From the NCBI GenBank assembly GCA_048939245.1, contig JBHLPR010000035.1:1-21717 (forward strand): a stretch of 21,717 bases of DNA, given 5' to 3'. The position numbers were made by a program, and so were the translations under genes. The notes under the pieces were generated by a model. The model was not told where the DNA came from. It searched no databases and saw nothing but the letters and a program-made list of their open reading frames with translations. Below, one piece after another: positions 1 to 8,790 of the stretch (positions are counted from its first letter, which is position 1; every line of letters starts with the position of its first letter). The stretch is from Promethearchaeota archaeon. Lineage in GTDB: Archaea > Asgardarchaeota > Hermodarchaeia > Hermodarchaeales > Hermodarchaeaceae.

Positions 1-1483
1 CACAGTGGCTTTTGGTTCTGCGCTACATAAATGGGCATTCAATATAGAATTAATGCAAAGGGCTAATCTCCAGTTTAAAGATATCATTAGACTTTATCAA
101 GAAAATAAAATTTCGAGCCTTAGTAATCTGTTACCAATTCATGAACCTATCTTGAATATGATAATCCAGCATTTACCTTCTCCTATTATTGCGCAAAGGA
201 ACCGCATAAAGTACATTTGGAAAGGAAAACTCACATCTCCGGCTGGTAAAGCTCTTCGTTCATGTAATTCGGATGGCCCCCTCATATTTGGCGTCACCAA
301 AATAATTACGGAATCTAAGCACGGGCAAATTGCTGTTGGCCGTTTATTTTCAGGCACCATACGAAAGGGAACCCAAATACGAATTTTACCATCTGACAAG
401 ATATACAAAACCCAACGAGTTACCTTGTTCATGGGTTCAAGGCAGGTAGTAATTCCATCTTTAACGGCAGGTAATATTTGTGGCATAATTGGTTCAGATG
501 AGGTTCGAGCTGGTGATACAATTACAGGCCAATTAAACCTACAAGGAATGATCCCCTTTGAAGAAATCAGTTATATTATAGATCCTGTTGTGACAATAGC
601 AATCGAGCCAAAACGAACAAAAGACTTACCTAGATTACTTGATCTTTTGGAACAGCTTACAAGAAGCGATCCCAATCTCCGATTTTCAGTCAACGAGCAA
701 ACTGGAGAGAATCTACTTTCTGGACTGGGACTTTTACATTTAGAAATTGCTGTAAAAGATATTGAAAAGGAAGGAATTCAAATTTATGCTTCTAAACCCA
801 TCGTTCTTTATCGCGAAACCGTAAAAACTGCTACAACACTGGTAAAACCACAAAGAAGCCCCAATGGAAAAAATTCAATACGAATTACTATCGAACCCCA
901 AGAAAAAATAAACGAAAAGATCCCTGTCTGGTACAAGGATCCAGGCGGCAATATTCTTCAAAACTCGACACACAATACGATTTCACCTGTCGAAAAGGAT
1001 TCAATAATTGCTGGTTTCAATTGGGCTATGGAACGTGGACCACTCTGTGCGGAGCCAATTGTTAATACTTTGATTCGAATAGAAGACATTGAGCTTAGCC
1101 CAGAGCCAGCTGAAAGAAACAGGGTCGAGTTAATGTCAATGATTCGTGAGTCGATATTGTTAGGATTTAAAGAAGCAGGAGTTGTTCTTCTAGAGCCCAT
1201 CTATAGTATACAGGCCATAGTTCCAAGTGAATTTCAAAATGAAACAGTAAATGTACTTATGTCTAAAAGAGGACAAATAGATAATGTAGAGTTTAGTAAA
1301 GATCTGGTAACAATTAAGGGATCGTTGCCTGTTGGAGAATCTTTTGACTTAGCTGATGTATTACGCTCAACAACTTCAGGTAAAGCTATTTGGCAGACGA
1401 AATTCACACGGTGGCAAGTAATTCCTGAAAACCGAGCAGCTGAAATTATTTTAGATATTAAGAAAAGGAGAGGACTACTCTAA
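1..1483 (+). CDS. Elongation factor 2 paralogue (aEF-2p-like), C-terminal part; 5' end and G-domain motifs lie upstream of the window
   Basis: EF-2 motifs: AFGSALHKWAF, GRLFSGTIRKG, PVVTIAIEPK, DPNL...TGENLLSGLGLLHLEI, PIVLYRETV, SPNGKN, GPLCAEP, LLEPIY. The diphthamide loop reads SPEPAERNRVE instead of HEDxxHRGPAQ. Confidence 0.9.
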   Translation, partial: TVAFGSALHKWAFNIELMQRANLQFKDIIRLYQENKISSLSNLLPIHEPILNMIIQHLPSPIIAQRNRIKYIWKGKLTSPAGKALRSCNSDGPLIFGVTKIITESKHGQIAVGRLFSGTIRKGTQIRILPSDKIYKTQRVTLFMGSRQVVIPSLTAGNICGIIGSDEVRAGDTITGQLNLQGMIPFEEISYIIDPVVTIAIEPKRTKDLPRLLDLLEQLTRSDPNLRFSVNEQTGENLLSGLGLLHLEIAVKDIEKEGIQIYASKPIVLYRETVKTATTLVKPQRSPNGKNSIRITIEPQEKINEKIPVWYKDPGGNILQNSTHNTISPVEKDSIIAGFNWAMERGPLCAEPIVNTLIRIEDIELSPEPAERNRVELMSMIRESILLGFKEAGVVLLEPIYSIQAIVPSEFQNETVNVLMSKRGQIDNVEFSKDLVTIKGSLPVGESFDLADVLRSTTSGKAIWQTKFTRWQVIPENRAAEIILDIKKRRGLL

Positions 1484-1496
1484 GGAGGTAATCAGC

Positions 1497-1988
1497 ATTC
1501 GATTCCGAATAACAGTGATTGGGAGCAGTGGAGGAATATCTCGGGAGATATCTGCGCTTGCAGAAGAGGTGGGGCAAGAAATTGGTCGAAGAGGTGCTGT
1601 TCTTATCACAGGGGGAAAAGACGGTGTTATGGAAGCAGCATCAAGAGGGGCAAAGAAGGTTGATGGAATTACTATTGGGATTTTACCAGAGCATGATGAA
1701 TCTAAAGCCAACCCATTTGTCGATGTTACAATTCCCACTGGTATCGGATATGCCAGAAATTATGTAAACATACTTGCGAGTAATGCCATAGTGAGCATAG
1801 CTGGAGCAGCAGGAACATTAAGTGAAATTGGATATGCAATCGCCTTGGAAAAACGATTAATCCTGCTCAAAGGTACAGGAGGCGTTACTGAATTGATAAT
1901 TAAAAATCAATCAATATTCCCACAGGCTGACATTCACATAGCTGAGACTCCCAAAGACGCAATTGACATCGCATTCTCAACGAAATAA
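1497..1988 (+). CDS. LOG/SLOG-family nucleotide-binding protein (TIGR00725-like)
   Basis: Motifs VIG...LITGGKDGVMEAASRGA, TIGILP, PTGIGYARN, GAAGTLSEIGYA. The ORF track starts at GTG 1515, but the frame is open upstream and GGAGGT (1484-1489) points to ATT 1497. Confidence 0.85.
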   Translation: MRFRITVIGSSGGISREISALAEEVGQEIGRRGAVLITGGKDGVMEAASRGAKKVDGITIGILPEHDESKANPFVDVTIPTGIGYARNYVNILASNAIVSIAGAAGTLSEIGYAIALEKRLILLKGTGGVTELIIKNQSIFPQADIHIAETPKDAIDIAFSTK

Positions 1989-2011
1989 TTTCGAGTACAG
2001 GCTGTTCACAA

Positions 2012-2266
2012 TTATCCAAGAATTAATTGCCAAGGGGGATTGAATGCTAACCATTGCATTACAACAAACAGGATTATACCTCCAAAAACCATGTTTCTAC
2101 CTTTTTTGGAATCTACGCCACTACACCAGTAGATGAAACCTATTGCAATCAGCAACGCCGATGCAAAGGTCCCAATCAGAATAACAAACCCCCAACCTGT
2201 TATCAGATAGTGCGTTAGTTGTTCAAGAAGATTTTGAAGAAGAGACGAAACTTGAAGGATTATCAT
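2012..2266 (-). CDS. Small two-TM membrane protein (VirB2/TrbC pilin-like layout)
   Basis: 84 aa with two hydrophobic helices separated by a short basic loop (DSKKGRN). An SD-like GAGGAG...GGGTG precedes the ATG. Confidence 0.6.
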   Translation of the reverse strand: MIILQVSSLLQNLLEQLTHYLITGWGFVILIGTFASALLIAIGFIYWCSGVDSKKGRNMVFGGIILFVVMQWLAFNPPWQLILG

Positions 2267-2384
2267 ACATACACCCTATCCTCCTCTTACGAGTGAATAC
2301 AAAAACTCCCATAAAGGTAGCAAAAATATCAAAGGAAGAGAATAATAATTCCATATCAGTAGTTTAGGTAACGGAGCAATACAC

Positions 2385-3488
2385 ATGTGGAGGTTAACAA
2401 GAAACGATGCGATAACTGTCTGGTCCAAAGAGATTATTCAAAAACGGTTAGCGCGGTATCGCTCCATAATCGAGTTAAAGGCACCAGCTCGGTATCTTCT
2501 CGCACGAAGTATCCCAGTAGATTTTAACACAACTGAGTCTTTATCGACACTCTGGAAATATCATAATGAAGCACGTAATATTTTTGATAGACAGCTTCGA
2601 GAAACAAAAGATAGACAAAATCTGGAAAATGAAAAGCTCCCGTTACAATCTTTTATGGATTTAAAAATAACAATTACTAATCGCATTCTACAGAATTGTC
2701 ACTTCTGTGAACGACAGTGTAAAATTAATCGCAGAAAGGAATTAGGTTATTGTAAGATTTCCGATACAAGTTATGTTTCATCTGCATTTCTTCATACAGG
2801 AGAAGAAGCACCTCTTGTACCATCAGGAACCATTTTTTTTAGTGGATGTAATTTTCGGTGTGCTCACTGCCAGAACCATGATATCTCATGCAACCCAATG
2901 AATGGCACTAAGGTTTCACCAGAGCAATTATCTAAAATCGCTGATGAATTAGCATCACAGGGTGCAAAAAATATCAATTACGTAGGTGGAGAACCGACTC
3001 CTCACCTTCACAATATTATTGCCTCGATGAAATATCAACAATCTAATATTACACAGCTCTGGAATTCCAATATGTACCTATCAAAAGAAGCATTGGACCT
3101 ACTTAGTGATATCATTGATTTCTGGCTTCCGGATTTGAAATATTTCTCTGAGCGGTGTGCCGAAAGAATTTCTGATGTCAAACAGTATACACCAGTTGTT
3201 ACGCGCAATATCAAAACCGCATATTTGAAAGGAACAAAAGAAATGATCATTCGTGTCCTTGTATTACCCAACCACCTAGAATGTTGTACAATTCCGATTT
3301 TAGATTGGATTTCGGAAAATACTCCTGAGGCTTTAGTAAACATCATGGCACAATATCGACCTATGTGGAAAGTCTTACATCAACCAGATGAATTCAAAGA
3401 TATCACATCTCGTGTTTCACCGGATGAAATGCATCGAGCCTATAGTCATGCAAAAAAGCTGGGTTTAGAATTTAGTTCAGTTAGCTAA
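2385..3488 (+). CDS. pflX: PflX-like radical SAM protein (pyruvate formate-lyase activating enzyme-related)
   Basis: CHFCERQC N-terminal cluster, HTGEEAPLVPSGTIFFSGCNFRCAHCQNHDIS (CxxxCxxC), NINYVGGEPTP, WNSNMY, PDLKY, IIRVLVLPNHLECC, VNIMAQYRP. Confidence 0.9.
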   Translation: MWRLTRNDAITVWSKEIIQKRLARYRSIIELKAPARYLLARSIPVDFNTTESLSTLWKYHNEARNIFDRQLRETKDRQNLENEKLPLQSFMDLKITITNRILQNCHFCERQCKINRRKELGYCKISDTSYVSSAFLHTGEEAPLVPSGTIFFSGCNFRCAHCQNHDISCNPMNGTKVSPEQLSKIADELASQGAKNINYVGGEPTPHLHNIIASMKYQQSNITQLWNSNMYLSKEALDLLSDIIDFWLPDLKYFSERCAERISDVKQYTPVVTRNIKTAYLKGTKEMIIRVLVLPNHLECCTIPILDWISENTPEALVNIMAQYRPMWKVLHQPDEFKDITSRVSPDEMHRAYSHAKKLGLEFSSVS

Positions 3489-3519
3489 TTCTCTCTAAGT
3501 CCTAATTTCTGTGGGGTTT

Positions 3520-3528
3520 TTCAATGAA
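3520..3528. repeat. Isolated perfect copy of the 9-mer TTCAATGAA
   Basis: Intergenic, upstream of the tandem Lrp-like regulator. It is a single unit and may be chance. Confidence 0.35.
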
Positions 3529-3554
3529 AGCCAGCATTTCTTTGATGTGGGCTT

Positions 3555-5036
3555 ATGCGGTTAAACCTGGATTTTGTACTTAAACAGTTGAAATGTAGGC
3601 CATGGCGAAAGATTTCCAATACAGCCATTCACACACCAGAAGAGATACTAGAACATTGGTTACCACCTATTATACCAGAACTTGTAATGGACGATTTCCA
3701 AGAATTTTTTGCAGGCAAGCTATCAGGAAAACTTGGGTGGCTTCGTAGCAGGATCAATTCGTCTTTTACTCAGTTCAAAGTAGCATTTGAGCCAGGTGGT
3801 TACCGTGGATTACCCGATTTCATCGAGTGGGATGGAAAGCTTGATGGTCAATTCCTTGAACGTATGCTTCCTCTGCTCCAGTCAATAGCGGAGTGTACAA
3901 CTACCCAACTATCTGTTGAGCAGTTCTGGATCTTGGCAACCGAACTATGTAAGTTCACGACTTTCCCCTTATCCTCACTAGATATCAGCATTATCAAAAC
4001 TTTCAGTAAAATGCCGATGATTACGATTCCGGCACTTGCACGATTGCTAGGAGTTTCTTACAAAAAAGCGCGCACGCGATGGAACCGTTTACGAAGACTG
4101 AATATCTGCCGAATCCCGGCACAGGTGAATTATCGCAGTCTAGGATTGGTCCCCTTATTCATCGAATTTCATGACACAACGACCGCAATCAAAAGCCCCT
4201 ATTTACTTTCGTATATTGAGCTTACTGGTAATTTAAGGCGATCATTGTTTTTTATGGCAGTGCCCGAAGAACGAATTAACCAATTGCAAAGATTTCTTGA
4301 TCTTCACTTCGGAACGACCTATACTCTGTATCTTGTCGAAGATTTGGGACAGGTCATTGAATTTACTCATTATCAGATAGACGAGGAAAAGTGGCATATT
4401 GATTGGCGAAAACTATTCATTGGAGCCCATTTACTTCACGAATCGGATACTAATCAAGATCTGGAGTATTGCGAACAAGATGAGCAAGAGTCTCATCGTC
4501 TCTATATCCCGGATAGCAGAGATAAGAAATTGATTCCTCTTTTGGCATCAGATGCGCGTGTAAAGCTAGAAAAGCTTGCGGCTATCGCCGGTATGAGCGT
4601 ATCTCAAGCTAGTCGTCGAAAATCGAGACTAATTGATCTCGATGTGTTACAACCGAAACCACTCATTAGGAGAATTGGATTGCTAGAAGACGTAATTATC
4701 CGTATGAAAGACAGTGATGTGAGATTATTGGGAATAGTCAATGAGTTGCCCCAAGCATGGATTAGGCAACTTACCGAATACAATACCGGAGAAAAGGAAC
4801 TTTTTGTATATACTACATTACCACCAGGATCCTTTGCACTAATTCGTTACTACCTTAGCAAATATCTTCATTCTAGATCTGATGTCTATATCAGTGGTCC
4901 TGAAAATGGCGGATGGCCTTTAACGTTCAACCACTATGATTCAGAAAAGGGTTGCTGGAATTGGATAGAGCCGATAGTCTTTGAAAGTGCAAGAATTACA
5001 GCTTTCGAAAAAAGAACTAGCCCAAGGCAGATTTGA
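3555..5036 (+). CDS. Large transcriptional regulator with two Lrp/AsnC-like wHTH modules
   Basis: Two HTH segments: SLDISIIKTF...TIPALARLLGVSYKKARTRWNRL and SRDKKLIPLLASDARVKLEKLAAIAGMSVSQASRRKSRL. Each is followed by a GL-containing linker and an alpha/beta domain. Confidence 0.7.
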   Translation: MRLNLDFVLKQLKCRPWRKISNTAIHTPEEILEHWLPPIIPELVMDDFQEFFAGKLSGKLGWLRSRINSSFTQFKVAFEPGGYRGLPDFIEWDGKLDGQFLERMLPLLQSIAECTTTQLSVEQFWILATELCKFTTFPLSSLDISIIKTFSKMPMITIPALARLLGVSYKKARTRWNRLRRLNICRIPAQVNYRSLGLVPLFIEFHDTTTAIKSPYLLSYIELTGNLRRSLFFMAVPEERINQLQRFLDLHFGTTYTLYLVEDLGQVIEFTHYQIDEEKWHIDWRKLFIGAHLLHESDTNQDLEYCEQDEQESHRLYIPDSRDKKLIPLLASDARVKLEKLAAIAGMSVSQASRRKSRLIDLDVLQPKPLIRRIGLLEDVIIRMKDSDVRLLGIVNELPQAWIRQLTEYNTGEKELFVYTTLPPGSFALIRYYLSKYLHSRSDVYISGPENGGWPLTFNHYDSEKGCWNWIEPIVFESARITAFEKRTSPRQI

Positions 5037-5054
5037 AATGACTCTAATAATGGA

Positions 5055-6182
5055 TTGATTCAATTGAATGTATTATTGATTCTTTTGCTCACCACCGTAT
5101 TAGCGACATCAAATGTGCCTCTACCATCTCCTCAGACAAGTGTTTATAGAGGTGGCCCAACCACGATTTCAGTTCAACTAAAGAGCCAAAGTGGCACCCC
5201 AATTGAGAACGCAACAGTCCTCTTTTTCCATGAAACCCAAAATGAACTGCTAGGAACAGCAATTACAAATTCTTCGGGGTTTGCTCATTTCATATGGATG
5301 ATTGCAGCTAGCCATGAACTTGGACCCGTCCAATTGAATGCTACCTTCCGTGGAGACCCTGAACGATATCTTCTCCCCAGTATGGTTCCAATTCCCTTGA
5401 CAATTTTTGCTAAGATGCAAATCGAAATCAATGTGACAGATGAAAGTGGTATTCCAATAGATTCAGATGTTCGAATAGGACAACGTCTGTTTTTTTACAC
5501 AACGGTTACAGATGATAATCATAATCCTCTAAACGCAGTTACTGTTCAAATGGTAATGGAACCGAACCAAATCATTTCTGAAAGAATTACGCCATCAAAT
5601 GGATCTATAATCTTTAGTTGCCTTCTAAACCATACAGCTTACTCCTCTTTCGCATTTACAATCAGAAGCCTGAATCAAGGATATTATAATGGAACCGAAA
5701 TCAAATTGCGTTTTCTGATTCAGAATTCGTCAACCCAATTCATTGGTCTCCCCAAATTTTGGCACCCATCATTTGGTTACAGTCTACGTGGAAAATTACA
5801 ACGACCTTCAGGAGAAGGCATTCCGAATGCTTCGATTCAATTATTACTTGAACCCGTTGAAGTAAGCAAAATCACTCAAACCGAAGATGATGGGACTTTT
5901 TACTTCGATTTATTCGATGTCTTTGAATATATACAGTATAGCCAATACTTAATAGTTCAATACAAAGGAACGCCTGGTCAGAGTGCAAGAAGAGCAGTTA
6001 TCGGAATTATTGCTAGCCCGCCACACAACCCCTTTACCCAATCCATCGAACCTACCTCATTCTTAGTTTGGCTTCCCTTGATTCATCAAAGTAGCATTTT
6101 AATTGTTAGTTTTTTAACAATTGGAACCTCGCTCGTGACTCTGAAGATGAAACGATCAACAAAACGAATATTTTCACACTAA
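5055..6182 (+). CDS. Secreted, C-terminally anchored surface glycoprotein with Ig/transthyretin-like beta-sandwich repeats
   Basis: Hydrophobic signal peptide, three repeats of the type (G/N)xP(I/L)xNA/xT(V/I)...T...G, a C-terminal TM helix followed by KMKRSTKR, and nine N-x-S/T sequons. Confidence 0.7.
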   Translation: MIQLNVLLILLLTTVLATSNVPLPSPQTSVYRGGPTTISVQLKSQSGTPIENATVLFFHETQNELLGTAITNSSGFAHFIWMIAASHELGPVQLNATFRGDPERYLLPSMVPIPLTIFAKMQIEINVTDESGIPIDSDVRIGQRLFFYTTVTDDNHNPLNAVTVQMVMEPNQIISERITPSNGSIIFSCLLNHTAYSSFAFTIRSLNQGYYNGTEIKLRFLIQNSSTQFIGLPKFWHPSFGYSLRGKLQRPSGEGIPNASIQLLLEPVEVSKITQTEDDGTFYFDLFDVFEYIQYSQYLIVQYKGTPGQSARRAVIGIIASPPHNPFTQSIEPTSFLVWLPLIHQSSILIVSFLTIGTSLVTLKMKRSTKRIFSH

Positions 6183-6260
6183 ACAATAGAATTATGTTTA
6201 TTGTACCGCCGAAAACTTAAACCAAGAGCACCCTACATTACACTCGAGGTTATTTGGAAA

Positions 6261-7235
6261 ATGTCAGAGCATTGGATGTGGACAGAAAAATATCGACCAA
6301 GAAGACTTAAGGAAATCGTCGGTCAAAAAACAGTAACAGAACGTCTCCAAAAATTCCTAACTGAACGCGATCTACCACACTTACTCTTTGCGGGACCAGC
6401 AGGCACAGGAAAAACTACAACCATCATCGCATTTTCCAATGAATTATATGAAGAGAATTTTACAGGCAATTTTCTCGAGTTAAATGCGAGTGATGATCGA
6501 GGAATTGATGTGATTCGAAATCGTGTGAAGAGTTTTGCTCGAACTCGTCCCTTAGGGGATGTGCCATTCAAAATTATATCTTTGGATGAAGCGGATAGCC
6601 TGACGAGAGATGCCCAACATGCCCTTCGACGAACAATGGAACGATATGTCTCCAGTTGCAGGTTTTGCCTAATATGTAACTATTCAAGTCGAATAATTGA
6701 TCCCATCCAATCTCGATGTGCAATATTCCGTTTCCCACGATTAGATCAAAAAGAATTAACTAAGAGAATCAACTTCATTGCTAAGCAGGAACAGGTCAAA
6801 TTATCTGATGACGGAATGCAAGCCATACTTTATGTGTCAGGTGGAGATTTACGGCGCGCAATTAATGTACTTCAAGCTGCATCTGTTATTCAAAAAGCAG
6901 TTGATGCTGACACCGTTTATTCTACAACCGGAAAAGCCCGTCCAGAAGATGTAAACCAGATGCTTCAATCGGCTTTAAACGGAAATTTTGTAAAAGCTCA
7001 AGAAAAACTTAGGAATCTCTTAATCTGGCAAGGATTGTCTGGAACTGATATAATCAGGCAAATTCACCGTGAAGTTATGAAACTAGGCATTGATGAAAAA
7101 ATTAAGGTTCAACTAATAGATATGGTAGGAGAAGCCGAATTTCGTTTAACAGAGGGAGCAGACCCTGAAATTCAACTAAGCCATATCCTCGCCAAATTTA
7201 CATTAGCAGCACAATCAAGTGATTTTGGAAAATGA
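6261..7235 (+). CDS. rfcS: Replication factor C small subunit
   Basis: WTEKYRP, GPAGTGKTT, LELNASDDRGIDVIR, LDEADSLT, QHALRRTME, IQSRC. ATG 6261 is preferred over TTG 6201 because GAGGT lies at 6246-6250. Confidence 0.97.
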   Translation: MSEHWMWTEKYRPRRLKEIVGQKTVTERLQKFLTERDLPHLLFAGPAGTGKTTTIIAFSNELYEENFTGNFLELNASDDRGIDVIRNRVKSFARTRPLGDVPFKIISLDEADSLTRDAQHALRRTMERYVSSCRFCLICNYSSRIIDPIQSRCAIFRFPRLDQKELTKRINFIAKQEQVKLSDDGMQAILYVSGGDLRRAINVLQAASVIQKAVDADTVYSTTGKARPEDVNQMLQSALNGNFVKAQEKLRNLLIWQGLSGTDIIRQIHREVMKLGIDEKIKVQLIDMVGEAEFRLTEGADPEIQLSHILAKFTLAAQSSDFGK

Positions 7236-8461
7236 AAAACCAGCCTTGGGTTGTAAAATACCAACCCCAACAAATCAAAGATCTAATCGGAAATAAAACC
7301 ACTATTTCTAAAATCACTGAATGGCTGAAAAAATGGCCAAAAAGTATCCTGCGCAACAAACGGGCACTCCTAATTTTTGGACCTGCAGGAGTTGGTAAAA
7401 CAAGTTCCATTTATACAATAGCTAGTAAATTAGATTATGAGATTTTTGAGATAAATGCAAGTGTTAAACGAAGCAAAAAAAGGATGAACGAACTACTGAA
7501 GTATTCTTCAAAGACTGGAACACTCACAGGAAAACGAGGGCGTATAATACTAATTGATGAATTAGAGGGGTTGAGCGGTAAATCAGATAGGGGAGCTGCT
7601 TCAGCAATCCAGAACCATATCAAAGATGCTCAAGTTCCAATCATTCTGATTACCAGCGATATTTCAGATTCGAAAATCCGACCTTTACGAAGGGTTTGTA
7701 CGTATATTGAATTTAAGCCGATTTCTGATGAGGAAATTATAAAGAAACTTGAACAGATTTGTGACAATGAGTCCATCACGTTCGAAGAAGACGCACTAGA
7801 GATACTAGTATCCAGCTCTCGAGGAGATTTCAGGGCAGCCATTAATGATCTGCAGAATCTCAGTGAAACTGAATCAACAATTACTATCCAGAGGGTCAAA
7901 GATTTTCTAAAAATCAGGGACCAGTCAATTGACATCAGCCAGGCATTGGATAAAATTTTCTATGCAAAGACTTGGAAAGAAGCCGTCTTTGCAGCTAACC
8001 AAACAGATGCGTATCCAGACGAATTAATCCGTTGGATAAGTAACAACATACCCTTAGTATTTCCTGACCTGGCTCAACAGGAGAAGGCATTGGAATATTT
8101 AGCGAGAGCCAGTATCTTCAATTACCGCATTACTCAAACACAGAATTGGAAATTACTTCCCTACTCTAAAGAACTCATGAGCCTCACAGGTTCAATAATT
8201 GGTCAAGAACCAACTGGTGAAAACCCCGAATATCATTTTCCCGAATGGATAAGGCAAATGGGCTTCTCTCGGGGGCTGCGTCAAAAGCGGTCATTAATTG
8301 GTCAAGCCCTTTCTCCAATAGTTCATCTCTCCTCAAAAAAAGCATACAATGAATACAGAATACTTCTCAAAGCCTTAATCAAAAATGCGAAATTGATTGA
8401 TAGAATTGAGAGAGATTTAGAATTGTCAGAGGAATTAATTCAATTTATTCTAAAGGATTAA
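7232..8461 (+). CDS. rfcL: Replication factor C large subunit
   Basis: PWVVKYQP, GPAGVGKT, EINAS, LIDELEGLSG.SDRG, GDFRAAINDLQ, QNWKLLPY. ATGA overlap with the rfcS stop. Confidence 0.93.
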   Translation: MKNQPWVVKYQPQQIKDLIGNKTTISKITEWLKKWPKSILRNKRALLIFGPAGVGKTSSIYTIASKLDYEIFEINASVKRSKKRMNELLKYSSKTGTLTGKRGRIILIDELEGLSGKSDRGAASAIQNHIKDAQVPIILITSDISDSKIRPLRRVCTYIEFKPISDEEIIKKLEQICDNESITFEEDALEILVSSSRGDFRAAINDLQNLSETESTITIQRVKDFLKIRDQSIDISQALDKIFYAKTWKEAVFAANQTDAYPDELIRWISNNIPLVFPDLAQQEKALEYLARASIFNYRITQTQNWKLLPYSKELMSLTGSIIGQEPTGENPEYHFPEWIRQMGFSRGLRQKRSLIGQALSPIVHLSSKKAYNEYRILLKALIKNAKLIDRIERDLELSEELIQFILKD

Positions 8462-8469
8462 ACTCCAAG

Positions 8470-8790
8470 TCATTCGGATTTTTCCCATAGTTCGATAAAT
8501 CGTCGAAGCGCTAGAGCCCGAAGATTCTCGATTTTATAACGATAAATCCGAATCCGACCAAATGTTTTCTCTTGAACAAGTTTTGCACGTTCTAGAAGTT
8601 GAAGATGTCTTCGTGTTGTACTATGATTCAACTGTGTTCTCCTAGCGATTTCAGAGATGTTCAGTTCCCCACACTCCGCTAGAAGACGTATGATCTTAAT
8701 TCGCCCGCGCGAGGAAAACAGAATCTCGACAGGAATTGGTCGATCATCCGTTAATTGTTCAAGGAGTGGAGGTTTTGACTCCTCAACCAC
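8470..8790 (-). CDS. ArsR-like winged-helix DNA-binding protein coupled to cdc6
   Basis: LFSSRGRIKIIRLLAECGELNISEIARRTQLNHSTTRRHLQLLERAKLVQEKTFGRIRIY. The start overlaps the cdc6 stop. Confidence 0.85.
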   Translation of the reverse strand: MVEESKPPLLEQLTDDRPIPVEILFSSRGRIKIIRLLAECGELNISEIARRTQLNHSTTRRHLQLLERAKLVQEKTFGRIRIYRYKIENLRALALRRFIELWEKSE

